Virus record (IMG/VR): IMGVR_UViG_3300008110_004617
Location: 1 to 64,000 of that record
Length of the DNA: 64,000 bases
Strand: one strand, 5' to 3'
Source: a virus
Taxonomy: Duplodnaviria; Caudoviricetes
Below the pieces are notes generated by a model, which was given only the letters and a program-made list of their open reading frames with translations, was not told the DNA's origin and searched no databases. This document shows positions 1 through 8,264 of the stretch, piece by piece (the stretch's first letter is position 1; each line of letters opens with the position of its first letter). Position numbers and translations under genes: made by a program.

Positions 1-1
1 C

Positions 2-457
2 GACGAAGCAAACAAGTGGATGCACGAGGTCGGCCACGCTCGTGGTATCAAAGTATCGGAACACGCCATTAAAAAGTTCGCAGATAATAAAGGCATCTGG
101 GATAGCTCGACTCATGTATTCGATGAATGCATGAATGCTGTTATCGGCCGTAACCTTGCTGATACGATACATCCAATTCACGACCGTTCCCTTACGGTTC
201 GTGAAGCTCTGCATATGATGGGCTTCCCTCACGACTTCGAACTCGTCGGCGGTCTTGCTAAAATGAACCATATTGCGCAAAACGTTCCTGTACCAACTTC
301 GCGTGATATTCATTCTGAGATCGCAAAGTTCGTTCGTGGCGAGTTGCCTATGTCCGGCACAAACTATCTACGTCAGAACAATCACTACGAAAAGAATGAA
401 TACGATCCTCTCGGAACAGGATCGCAGAAAGCAACTCTAGAGGAATTTTTTGTATGA
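2..457 (+). CDS. C-terminal part of a C5 cytosine DNA methyltransferase (5'-partial)
   Basis: Frame open from the window edge. 'IHPIHDRSLTVREALHMMGFPHDFEL...NHIAQNVPVP' matches C5-MTase motifs IX/X (R.LTVRE..R..GFP..F...QIGNAVP) in variant form. Confidence 0.75.
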   Translation, partial: DEANKWMHEVGHARGIKVSEHAIKKFADNKGIWDSSTHVFDECMNAVIGRNLADTIHPIHDRSLTVREALHMMGFPHDFELVGGLAKMNHIAQNVPVPTSRDIHSEIAKFVRGELPMSGTNYLRQNNHYEKNEYDPLGTGSQKATLEEFFV

Positions 458-1080
458 CTAACCATCTTATAATCGACTTTGAGACCATGGGAAAGGATGC
501 GACCAAGTGTGCTGTAATCGACTGCTCAGTGATGGTATTCAATTTCGAAAAGTTTACGAGTAATCCGTACTCTCTAAACAGCATCACTGAGACTAGAAAG
601 TTTAAGCTGTCCGTAGTGGATCAAGTAAAGAACTATAGTTGGGAAATTGACAAGAGCACTCTGCAGTTCTGGGAAGAACAAGATGCAGATGTTCGCGCTA
701 ACATTGCGCCAAAGAAGACGGATCTAACGGTTAAAGAATTTATTCAACAGTTTCACGAGTTCCTAATTAAGTCGCCAAAGATTGACTATTGGTGGAGTCG
801 TTCTAATACTTTCGATCCAATCATTCTATCTCGTTTGTTTGATGCCGAAGGCAAGCGCCTTCATCTTGAAGAGTACCTTAAGTATTGGAAAGTTCGTGAC
901 ACGCGAACCTACATCGATGCAAAGATGAACTTCTCGACTACGAATGGATTTACACCAATGCTCAATGAAGAGAAGTGGAATAAATCATTTAAAAAACACG
1001 ACAGCGCGTGGGATATTCTTGCTGACGTACTTCGTTTTCAACAAATACATCGTGCTGAAAACGATCTTGACCTATTATAA
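454..1080 (+). CDS. dexA: DexA-like 3'-5' exonuclease (DEDDh)
   Basis: 'IIDFETMG', 'WSRSNTFDPIIL', 'WKVRDTRTYID' and 'HDSAWDILADV' motifs; T4-like context. Confidence 0.8.
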   Translation: MTNHLIIDFETMGKDATKCAVIDCSVMVFNFEKFTSNPYSLNSITETRKFKLSVVDQVKNYSWEIDKSTLQFWEEQDADVRANIAPKKTDLTVKEFIQQFHEFLIKSPKIDYWWSRSNTFDPIILSRLFDAEGKRLHLEEYLKYWKVRDTRTYIDAKMNFSTTNGFTPMLNEEKWNKSFKKHDSAWDILADVLRFQQIHRAENDLDLL

Positions 1081-1087
1081 GGAGTAA

Positions 1088-1966
1088 ATGATGCAACTAC
1101 AAGTCACTGCTGAGCACCTCAGAAAATATTCTATCTTCATTGGAACTCCAATGTATGGTGGACAATGCGCAGGTATGTACTGTAAGTCGACCAACGACCT
1201 AGCCACTCTCTGCGCAAAGTATGACATCAGTCTTAAATTCTACTACCTGTTTAACGAGAGCTTGGTTCAGAGAGCAAGAAACTACGTTGCAGACGAGTTT
1301 CTTCGCTCCGATTGTACTCATCTAATGTTTATTGACTCTGATATTGGCTTCCGTCCTAACGATGTTCTATCCCTTCTAGGAATTCAGACTCTACAGCCGG
1401 ATGAGTATGACATTATGACTGGGCCATATCCTAAGAAGACGATTGCTTGGGAAAAGGTAAAGAAAGCTGTCGAGATGGGTAAGGCTGAGAACCCGCTCGA
1501 TCTTGACTTCTATACTGCTGACTATGTCTTTAATCCAGCAAAAGGGCATACGTCGTTTCGTATCGACCGACCAGTCGAAGTAAGCGAGGGTGGTACCGGT
1601 TTCATGCTTATTCCTCGTGAGGTATTGGAAAAGTATAGGGATGCGTATCCTGAACTTAGATACATTCCAGACCACGTTCGCACGAAAAACTTTGATGGTT
1701 CTCGTGAGATCACTGCATTCTTTGATTGCGAGATAGATCCAGTATCAAAGCGTTATCTATCAGAAGATTACTTCTTCTGTCAGAAAGCTCGAGCTATCGG
1801 AATTAAACTACACATGTGTCCTTGGATGGAACTACAGCACGTCGGTTCTTATATCTTCAAGGGATCCATGGGAGCGATTGCTTCAATTGGAGCAAATCCG
1901 ACAGCCAGTAGAGAATCGAATGAAAAGACTTACAAAGAAAAGAAGAAGAAAGCATTTAGACCTTAA
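1088..1966 (+). CDS. GT-A fold glycosyltransferase-like protein
   Basis: 'GTPMYGG', 'NESLVQRARN', DxD in 'LMFIDSDI', 'GTGFMLI' and 'LSEDYFFC'; AAGGAG RBS. Confidence 0.7.
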   Translation: MMQLQVTAEHLRKYSIFIGTPMYGGQCAGMYCKSTNDLATLCAKYDISLKFYYLFNESLVQRARNYVADEFLRSDCTHLMFIDSDIGFRPNDVLSLLGIQTLQPDEYDIMTGPYPKKTIAWEKVKKAVEMGKAENPLDLDFYTADYVFNPAKGHTSFRIDRPVEVSEGGTGFMLIPREVLEKYRDAYPELRYIPDHVRTKNFDGSREITAFFDCEIDPVSKRYLSEDYFFCQKARAIGIKLHMCPWMELQHVGSYIFKGSMGAIASIGANPTASRESNEKTYKEKKKKAFRP

Positions 1967-1971
1967 TGTTG

Positions 1972-2000
1972 TTGACAAATGCAAAACCATGTGATATACA
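1972..2000 (+). promoter_or_regulatory. sigma70-type early/middle promoter upstream of gp45
   Basis: TTGACA (1972-1977), 17-nt spacer, TATACA (1995-2000), in an intergenic position. Confidence 0.6.
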
Positions 2001-2035
2001 TATACTAATGAATAATGATCAAGGAGAGATATACT

Positions 2036-2701
2036 ATGAAATTTTCTGAACGCACTCTTACTATCCTTAAGAGCTTTTCCACCATCAACAAATCAATCGT
2101 CATGAAACCTGGAAAGGTTTTGCGTACGATTACGCCAGAAAAGAATTTGATCGCGATTGCGAACATCGAGGATCAGTTTCCATCCGAAGCTGTTATCTAT
2201 GATCTTTCTCGCTTCCTGTCCATGTTGAGTCTGTATCAAAACCCAGACGTTGAATTCCATGACAAGTACTTCATCATCTCTGAAGGCAAGCTCAAAACGA
2301 AGTATGTCTTCGCTGACATCTCGATGATCGTCGCTGCGCCTGAAAGAGAGATCGGTATCCCAACCGCTGACGTATCTGTGAGCGTGAAATGGGCAGATCT
2401 GCAGTCTGTAATGAAAGCGGCAGGTGTTTTCCAGTTTGGTGAGATTGCATTTATCGGCGAGGATGGTAAGTGCTATCTGCGAGCAATCGACAGCAACAAC
2501 AAATCGTCAGACGCATTCGGTGTAGAGATCGGTGATACTAACGACACCTTCACTCTCATTCTCAAGACCGATAACCTTAAGTTGCTTCCGCAGGATTACG
2601 AAGTAACTCTCTGCGCCAAGGGCGTGTCGATGTTTAAGGGTGCTGACGTATCCTATTACGTCGGTGTTGATACTAGATCTACCTACAAGAAAGGTGAATA
2701 A
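2036..2701 (+). CDS. gp45: DNA polymerase sliding clamp
   Basis: 'MKFSERTLTILKSFSTINKSI...IYDLSRFLS' is typical of gp45. AAGGAG RBS precedes ATG 2036; gene lies upstream of gp44/gp62. Confidence 0.92.
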   Translation: MKFSERTLTILKSFSTINKSIVMKPGKVLRTITPEKNLIAIANIEDQFPSEAVIYDLSRFLSMLSLYQNPDVEFHDKYFIISEGKLKTKYVFADISMIVAAPEREIGIPTADVSVSVKWADLQSVMKAAGVFQFGEIAFIGEDGKCYLRAIDSNNKSSDAFGVEIGDTNDTFTLILKTDNLKLLPQDYEVTLCAKGVSMFKGADVSYYVGVDTRSTYKKGE

Positions 2702-2892
2702 TGTCTGAAAAAGTAAACATTACTCTACAGGATATCGCTACTGCTGTTTCTATTATCGATATCTGCGTTAAAAGAGGCGCAGTTGAAGGATCTGAACTTA
2801 CTGTAGTTGGATCTATTAGAGACAAGTTCGCGACGTTTGTTGAACAAAACAAAGCGCCGGAACCAAAAGAACCAGCTAAAGAAGCTGAATAA
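2701..2892 (+). CDS. small hypothetical protein between gp45 and gp44
   Basis: 63-aa ORF coupled to the gp45 stop; 'ITLQDIATAVSIIDICVKRGA'. Confidence 0.7.
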   Translation: MSEKVNITLQDIATAVSIIDICVKRGAVEGSELTVVGSIRDKFATFVEQNKAPEPKEPAKEAE

Positions 2893-2928
2893 CTTCTTAT
2901 TCTTTACACGACACACAGGAGATACATA

Positions 2929-3882
2929 ATGGCGCTTGACGCAAAGATTGACGAAGTACTTTGGGTCGAAAAATATCGTCCTCGTTTAATCGAGGATACG
3001 ATCCTACCACAAAAGACTAAGGATACGTTTAAGAAGTTCGTATCCGATAGTTCCATTCCAAACCTACTGCTGACAGGTGGTCCAGGTATGGGAAAGACAA
3101 CCATCGCAAAAGCTATGCTCAATGAGCTCGGCTGCGATTACATCGTTAAGAACGGTTCTCTTAACGTCAATCTTGACACTCTTCGTTATGAAATCTCGAC
3201 GTTTGCTTCGTCAGTCTCGTTTAGCGGTGGCCGTAAATACGTCATCCTTGACGAGGCTGACTATCTCAATGCAGCTAACGTTCAGCCTGCTCTTCGTAAC
3301 TTCATCGAAGAATACTCCAAGAACTGCGGTTTCATCTTTACTTGTAACTTTAAGAACCGTATTATCGAACCTCTGCGTTCTCGACTTTCTGAAGTGGACT
3401 TTACGATTGAAAAGTCGGATCGCCCAAAGATGGCTGCTCAGTTCTATAAACGTGTTCTTGCCATCCTGACAGCCGAAAACATTGATCACGATAAGACTGT
3501 CGTAGCGAAAATCATCGAGCGGTACTTCCCAGATTTTCGTAGAGTTCTCAATGAACTGCAGTCGTATGCTGCATCCGGACGTATTGATGAAGGTATCTTT
3601 ACTGACATCAAGCAAGAGACTGTTGACAAACTTTTTGTTATGCTGAAGGAAAAGAACTTCACCGAGATGCGTAAGTGGTGTCTCGATAACAGTGATCAAG
3701 ACTCGAACGAAATGTTCCGTACTATCTACGATGCTGCTGCTGAAAAGGTTGAGCTTAAGAGTCTTCCTGGCTTTATCGTTACTCTTGCTGACTATATGTA
3801 TAAGTCTCACTTTGTGGCAGACCCAGAGGTTAACTTGGTTGCGTTCCTGACTGAAGTTATGTTCGAGTCAACCTATAAATGA
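2929..3882 (+). CDS. gp44: clamp loader large subunit (AAA+ ATPase)
   Basis: 'LWVEKYRP', Walker A 'GGPGMGKTT', Walker B 'ILDEAD', 'PLRSR', 'FPDFRR'. Confidence 0.95.
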   Translation: MALDAKIDEVLWVEKYRPRLIEDTILPQKTKDTFKKFVSDSSIPNLLLTGGPGMGKTTIAKAMLNELGCDYIVKNGSLNVNLDTLRYEISTFASSVSFSGGRKYVILDEADYLNAANVQPALRNFIEEYSKNCGFIFTCNFKNRIIEPLRSRLSEVDFTIEKSDRPKMAAQFYKRVLAILTAENIDHDKTVVAKIIERYFPDFRRVLNELQSYAASGRIDEGIFTDIKQETVDKLFVMLKEKNFTEMRKWCLDNSDQDSNEMFRTIYDAAAEKVELKSLPGFIVTLADYMYKSHFVADPEVNLVAFLTEVMFESTYK

Positions 3883-4076
3883 AGTTCTTTTCAAAGAAAC
3901 CTGAGACGTGTTTCTTTTGTCAAGTTACCTTGAGTGCAGACAACACGTTTACACTTCAATACTCATCCGCAGAAGGAGTGCATACTGCAAAGATGTGCGG
4001 CGTGTGCTCTAAAACATTTGACGAACTTGCAGATATGAAAGAAGAGCTATATGACTCAAGATTTAAAACCATTTGA
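3879..4076 (+). CDS. small putative zinc-binding protein
   Basis: Two CxxC pairs (CFFC, CGVC); start and stop overlap neighbouring genes. Confidence 0.6.
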   Translation: MKFFSKKPETCFFCQVTLSADNTFTLQYSSAEGVHTAKMCGVCSKTFDELADMKEELYDSRFKTI

Positions 4077-4446
4077 CTTTGTAAAGTCTGCGTCGCACAG
4101 TAAGAAGGATCTAATTCGTGGTTCTGACTTTCCTGAGCAAACTGAGAAGCAATACATTCCGTTCATTACAAATCGAGCGTTCGCTGCCTTCGAGGATAGC
4201 ATACTTCATGCGAACGAAATGAACATGCGTCACCATCTTTTTAAAGACGCTCAGTATCGCTACTATCTCGGTGTCCTGAGATCAAGGAACAGGTTCTCTC
4301 CTTGGCTAAAGGAACAGAAGAATACAGACCTCGATATGATACAGGAATACTACTCTGTGAACAGAACGGTAGCAAAGATGTATCTTAAGGTACTGACTGA
4401 AGAAGACTTGAAGCGTCTGCGTGACAAATTCCAGAAAGGCGGATAA
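4051..4446 (+). CDS. gp62: clamp loader small subunit
   Basis: 'YIPFITNRAF...ANEMN...QYRYY...RFSPW...IQEYY'; position after gp44. Confidence 0.9.
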   Translation: MTQDLKPFDFVKSASHSKKDLIRGSDFPEQTEKQYIPFITNRAFAAFEDSILHANEMNMRHHLFKDAQYRYYLGVLRSRNRFSPWLKEQKNTDLDMIQEYYSVNRTVAKMYLKVLTEEDLKRLRDKFQKGG

Positions 4447-4447
4447 G

Positions 4448-4455
4448 TATAAATA
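4448..4455 (+). promoter_or_regulatory. T4-type late promoter TATAAATA
   Basis: Exact consensus in the gp62-regA intergenic region. Confidence 0.6.
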
Positions 4456-4513
4456 CTCGGATGGCTTTTATGAGCATCATCGCAATAATAATAACTATAA
4501 AGGTGAACTCATC

Positions 4514-4918
4514 ATGGAGAAAGACTTATTCCGAGGGATCGGCGTAGAAATAACGCTACCAAATCCTGATAACTTTCTTAAGATAAAAGAAACGTTAACA
4601 CGTATTGGTATATCCTCGAAAAAGGAAAAGAAGTTGTATCAATCGTGCCATATTCTACATAAGCAGGGACACTACGCGATTCTTCACTTCAAAGAACTAT
4701 TCATTTTGGATGGTAAAGAAAATACATTCGCGGACGAGGATAGAGCTAGAAGAAACACTGTGATTAATCTTTTAGAAGAGTGGGATCTATTAAAGATTGT
4801 TGATCCTTCAAAGTCTGAAGACCCAGTCGCACCACTCAGTCAGATAAAGATCATATCACACAAAGAAAAGGACGAATGGATCTTAGAACCTAAATACAAT
4901 ATCGGAAAAAAGAAGTAA
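4514..4918 (+). CDS. regA: translational repressor RegA
   Basis: 'PDNFLKIKETLTRIGISS...LYQSCHILHKQG.YAILHFKELF.LDG'. Start chosen at ATG 4514 after an AGGTG RBS. Confidence 0.95.
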   Translation: MEKDLFRGIGVEITLPNPDNFLKIKETLTRIGISSKKEKKLYQSCHILHKQGHYAILHFKELFILDGKENTFADEDRARRNTVINLLEEWDLLKIVDPSKSEDPVAPLSQIKIISHKEKDEWILEPKYNIGKKK

Positions 4919-4935
4919 TTGAAGGAAATTATACT

Positions 4936-5397
4936 ATGAATGTTTTTCGTCTAAACAAAAGAGCAGAGATACCAACGCCAACTTCTGATAGACCAGGCCA
5001 GTTTGATATTAAAGCGTGTTTCGATCTTGGTTCTAAAGTTTCGTATCACAATAGCGTAAATAAAGAAAACTTTGTTCCTGTACGTGTTATTAGCGGTAAT
5101 GTATGCGTACAGATATACCCAGCTCAGAGATTTGCAATACCAACTGGGTTGATCTTTGACATCCCTGAAGGTCATATACTAAGATTAATGTCGACGGCTA
5201 ACGTTACCTTAAAGAAGGGTCTCGTTATCGTTGACGGAACTGGAATTATTAATCCACACAGCGGAGAAGCTTTTGTGACTCTGCATAATATATCAGATAC
5301 GCCTGCCATTATTAATGACGGCGAAAGTATTGCTCTAGGTATGCTTGAGCAAGCACTGGTCTATGATATTACAGAGACTAGTGAAAGACCGTCGTAA
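4936..5397 (+). CDS. degenerate trimeric dUTPase-like protein
   Basis: dUTPase scaffold ('AEIPT...FDIKAC', 'IPTGLIFDIPEGH', 'INDGESIA'), but catalytic motifs II, III and V are altered or absent. Confidence 0.7.
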   Translation: MNVFRLNKRAEIPTPTSDRPGQFDIKACFDLGSKVSYHNSVNKENFVPVRVISGNVCVQIYPAQRFAIPTGLIFDIPEGHILRLMSTANVTLKKGLVIVDGTGIINPHSGEAFVTLHNISDTPAIINDGESIALGMLEQALVYDITETSERPS

Positions 5398-5450
5398 GAC
5401 GGAAAGAACCGGGTTATAACCCACATTACACAACACACAGGAGAAAACCA

Positions 5451-5672
5451 ATGACTACTAAGAACCCATTCGAGATCCGTGCCGAAATGCTTCAGCTCGC
5501 AAAAGAGTATATGGATCAGCAGTACCATATGAACGTTCAGTTTGCCGAAAAGATGATGGATCAAGGCAAGAAGACCGCCGAAGAAATGAAAGAGCATTAT
5601 AAGATGTACTCCATGGATGAACTCATGGAAAAAGCAAAAGAAATGTACTCTTTCGTAAGTAAGAAGGACTAA
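5451..5672 (+). CDS. small helical hypothetical protein
   Basis: 73-aa ORF 'KNPFEIRAEMLQLAKEYM' with a strong AGGAG RBS. Confidence 0.75.
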   Translation: MTTKNPFEIRAEMLQLAKEYMDQQYHMNVQFAEKMMDQGKKTAEEMKEHYKMYSMDELMEKAKEMYSFVSKKD

Positions 5673-5739
5673 CACATGTTAGATCCGGATCATTCTTACT
5701 TAAGAAGTCTGTCTGAAAAGAAGACAGGCGGCAAGTAAA

Positions 5740-5747
5740 TATAAATA
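5740..5747 (+). promoter_or_regulatory. T4-type late promoter TATAAATA upstream of hsp20
   Basis: Exact consensus, intergenic. Confidence 0.6.
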
Positions 5748-5748
5748 G

Positions 5749-5834
5749 AAGTGGAGGCGCCAAATGGGTCTCCACTTTTTGCAAACCGGTCAGATGACGG
5801 TTAGAATAAAACTCGCTTAATAAAGGAGAAACAA
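5749..5834 (+). promoter_or_regulatory. structured hsp20 5' leader, ROSE-like RNA thermometer
   Basis: Hairpin AAGTGGAG (5749-5756) / CTCCACTT (5770-5777); hairpin AACCGGTCA-GA-TGACGGTT; CTCGCTT (5812-5818) pairs with SD AAGGAG (5823-5828) leaving a bulged G. Confidence 0.55.
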
Positions 5835-6278
5835 ATGAACACACGTAAGTTTAGTACAAACGATCTACTTAGCGATCCATTCTTTATTGGATTCGACTCA
5901 ATCTTAAATAAGATAGATACAATCAATAGATCCAACGCATCAAACTATCCACCATACAATCTAATTAAGACTGGTGAAGACACCTACGTTATTGAACTAG
6001 CTGTAGCAGGATTTAAAGAAGAGGACTTTGATATCGAAGTTCACGACGGAGTCCTTACGATTAGCGCAAACGTAGTCGACACCGGCAGTACTAATACAAC
6101 TTATCTACATAAGGGAATTGCAGCAAGAAGCTTTACTCGTAAGTTTACTCTCGCCGATACGATCGAGGTAAAGGGTGTATCTCTAGAAAAAGGTATGCTA
6201 ACCTTTTTTAATTTGCGCCAGCCGGTCTTGAAAGAGCGTCTAGGTCAGATCTACTCGCACCAAACGAGTTTATTATAG
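5835..6278 (+). CDS. hsp20: small heat shock protein (IbpA-like Hsp20), C-terminus apparently truncated
   Basis: 'NYPPYNLIK...IELAVAGF...YLHKGIAARSFTRKFTLAD...GMLT'. Similarity ends abruptly near 6203, and the ORF then runs antisense into the neighbouring gene. Confidence 0.88.
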   Translation: MNTRKFSTNDLLSDPFFIGFDSILNKIDTINRSNASNYPPYNLIKTGEDTYVIELAVAGFKEEDFDIEVHDGVLTISANVVDTGSTNTTYLHKGIAARSFTRKFTLADTIEVKGVSLEKGMLTFFNLRQPVLKERLGQIYSHQTSLL

Positions 6279-8094
6279 TAGAAGCGGTGCCGCCTCTGGA
6301 ATTAACATTTGTCTGACTGTTATTTGGTGCATTGATAATGATTGGTTTTGTAGCAGCCGCTTGAGTTTCAATAGCTGAAAGTTTTAGTCCCCAACTATCA
6401 TCAAAGTTATTTGCTAAGATTTGTCCAGCATCGGTATTTCTTGGAACGACAGCTTCTAGGCCGTGTAGAGTTGCACGAGTTCCTTCACCAAAGTTAACAA
6501 ACCCTCTCGTCCCAGTTCTCATCTGTGGCCCAGATCCAAAATCTTCTTGGAATTCTGGAGTAACAACATTTCTTCCGCTTCTTCTAGCATTTAACTCTCT
6601 AGGAGTGAGTTCTCTAGAAGTTTCATCTTCATCCCATGAAAATAAACTTCCAAGCCAATCGATTATAGAGTATACCTTTTCCATTATCCAATCTTGTAAC
6701 TTAAACGGCGGGCCTTCCGACTCGTCAAACCCGAATAGTCCTTTAACGAAGTTTATTGCCATATTCACTGGTGCAAATACGAAGTCCTGCAACTTACCGA
6801 GGGCACCAAAGAGAGTCATGTCTTCTTCTGTGAACGTGAAAAGATCCGTGACTACGCTCAATGCAGACGAAACTCCATCAAATATAGATCCTATAACCTG
6901 CTTAAATATATCAGTAAAGCTAAACGAATCTAGAACTTCCGCTGCTTTTTCAAATCCTAGAGCTCCAGCAACCCACGAAACGACGTTCTTTAACAGATCC
7001 AACGGGGCTGCAATTAGCGACGTGAAGAACCCAGAAAGCGCACCCTCAAAGGCACCGAGTATACCACCTTCTGCGTAACCATCTATTGCACCCTTAATCG
7101 TTTCAAACGCTGTCATAATGATTGCGATCGGGGCAAATATCTTTCCCACAACGCCAGCTATCTTTCCAATCTGCGATCCTAGAGATCCAAACCATCCTGT
7201 TATTGACTTAAAAATACCAGCTATTTTTCCAGGCCCACCACGAGGACCGGCCAATTCCTTTAAAGTAGTGAGAGCGGTTCTAAACGGTTCAATAAGAATA
7301 TCTATTGTCTTTCCAACGGATGATATTAAAGCTGCAAATTTTGAACCAGAACCACCGGCCGAACCGGCAGGAAACAAACCCTTTATACTCTTAATGAAAT
7401 TATTAAACGCGTCATCTACTGCAACTCTTACAACCCCGGCCCTAACCTTAAAGTCGTCAACTATTGACTTAAACCCAGCCGCTATCGAAGATATTCTAGA
7501 AGATAAGCTTACTTTAAAATCGTCGAATATCTTTACTAAACCCGGGGCGAATGCTTTAAAGTAAGTTTTTATTGCTGTTAGTTGCCCTTTGATTAGACCG
7601 ATCGTTGCCCCAACACTTAGAGCAAGAGCCGCAGCCCCGACCGCAAGTGCTGCAAATTTACCTAGAATATTTTTACCAAAGAGTGCAGCCAATCCACCTA
7701 ACAAGCCAGCAAGAGTGTTATCAGATTGAGGCTGCGGGGCGGGTGGTGGGGTGGGGGTCGGCTGTTCTGGAGTTTGGTTTTCTCTACTACTTCTATCAGC
7801 AGCGGCAAGTTTGTCTCTCTGTTCTGCTTTTTCAGCTTCGCTTACTTGCAGATTTAACATTGTTTCCAATATTCCGGTCTGTTGTTTTATTTGATCATAC
7901 GTAGACGACAATATCTTAGTCTGTGCTTCAATTTGATCATATACAGATACCATAATAGATTTAAAAATTCCAGCCTCAGATGACGCAGATCTGCTAGCGC
8001 TAGGCTTCAAAATAGATTCTAATATCCCAGTCTGTTCTTTAACATGGTTATCTACAGATTCCATTAATTGAGCTAGGTCGTTTACGTCCGCCAT
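6208..8094 (-). CDS. putative tape measure / baseplate hub protein (gp29-like)
   Basis: 628 aa, helical, rich in Ala/Gly/Phe, with C-terminal 'IINAPNNSQTNV'; directly downstream of gp26/gp51. Confidence 0.6.
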   Translation of the reverse strand: MADVNDLAQLMESVDNHVKEQTGILESILKPSASRSASSEAGIFKSIMVSVYDQIEAQTKILSSTYDQIKQQTGILETMLNLQVSEAEKAEQRDKLAAADRSSRENQTPEQPTPTPPPAPQPQSDNTLAGLLGGLAALFGKNILGKFAALAVGAAALALSVGATIGLIKGQLTAIKTYFKAFAPGLVKIFDDFKVSLSSRISSIAAGFKSIVDDFKVRAGVVRVAVDDAFNNFIKSIKGLFPAGSAGGSGSKFAALISSVGKTIDILIEPFRTALTTLKELAGPRGGPGKIAGIFKSITGWFGSLGSQIGKIAGVVGKIFAPIAIIMTAFETIKGAIDGYAEGGILGAFEGALSGFFTSLIAAPLDLLKNVVSWVAGALGFEKAAEVLDSFSFTDIFKQVIGSIFDGVSSALSVVTDLFTFTEEDMTLFGALGKLQDFVFAPVNMAINFVKGLFGFDESEGPPFKLQDWIMEKVYSIIDWLGSLFSWDEDETSRELTPRELNARRSGRNVVTPEFQEDFGSGPQMRTGTRGFVNFGEGTRATLHGLEAVVPRNTDAGQILANNFDDSWGLKLSAIETQAAATKPIIINAPNNSQTNVNSRGGTASTIINSFGASRSDLDALSRPAGAN

Positions 8095-8096
8095 TT

Positions 8097-8264
8097 TTAG
8101 TTCCTGCTTTCCTCTTGTTTCTTAACAAATTCGACCAGCAAGTCGAAATAAAGATCTCTTTCATAAGGCATCATATTTTCAATTTCTGTTATTGAATACT
8201 TGTGGTGTTGAGCCATTCCGAATATTTTTTGGTAATACATATAGAGATTTGTATGACTCAACAT
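8097..8264 (-). CDS. gp51: gp51-like baseplate hub assembly catalyst (55 aa, not in the ORF track)
   Basis: Read by hand: MLSHTNLYMYYQKIFGMAQHHKYSITEIENMMPYERDLYFDLLVEFVKKQEESRN. 'QHHKYS.TEIENMMP.ER' is the cyanophage-type gp51 signature. TGATG overlap with gp26. Confidence 0.85.
   Translation of the reverse strand: MLSHTNLYMYYQKIFGMAQHHKYSITEIENMMPYERDLYFDLLVEFVKKQEESRN

Noticed and set aside
4421-4513. N-terminal extension of RegA in the ORF track
   Set aside because: It overlaps a late promoter; the SD and the family N-terminus fit ATG 4514.
5388-5422. Hairpin CCGTC-GTAA-GACGG and palindrome GGGTTATAACCC as a terminator
   Set aside because: Short stems with no U-tract; could be chance.
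6605-7904. Plus-strand ORFs opposite the tape measure-like gene
   Set aside because: Antisense shadows with no RBS or recognisable motifs.
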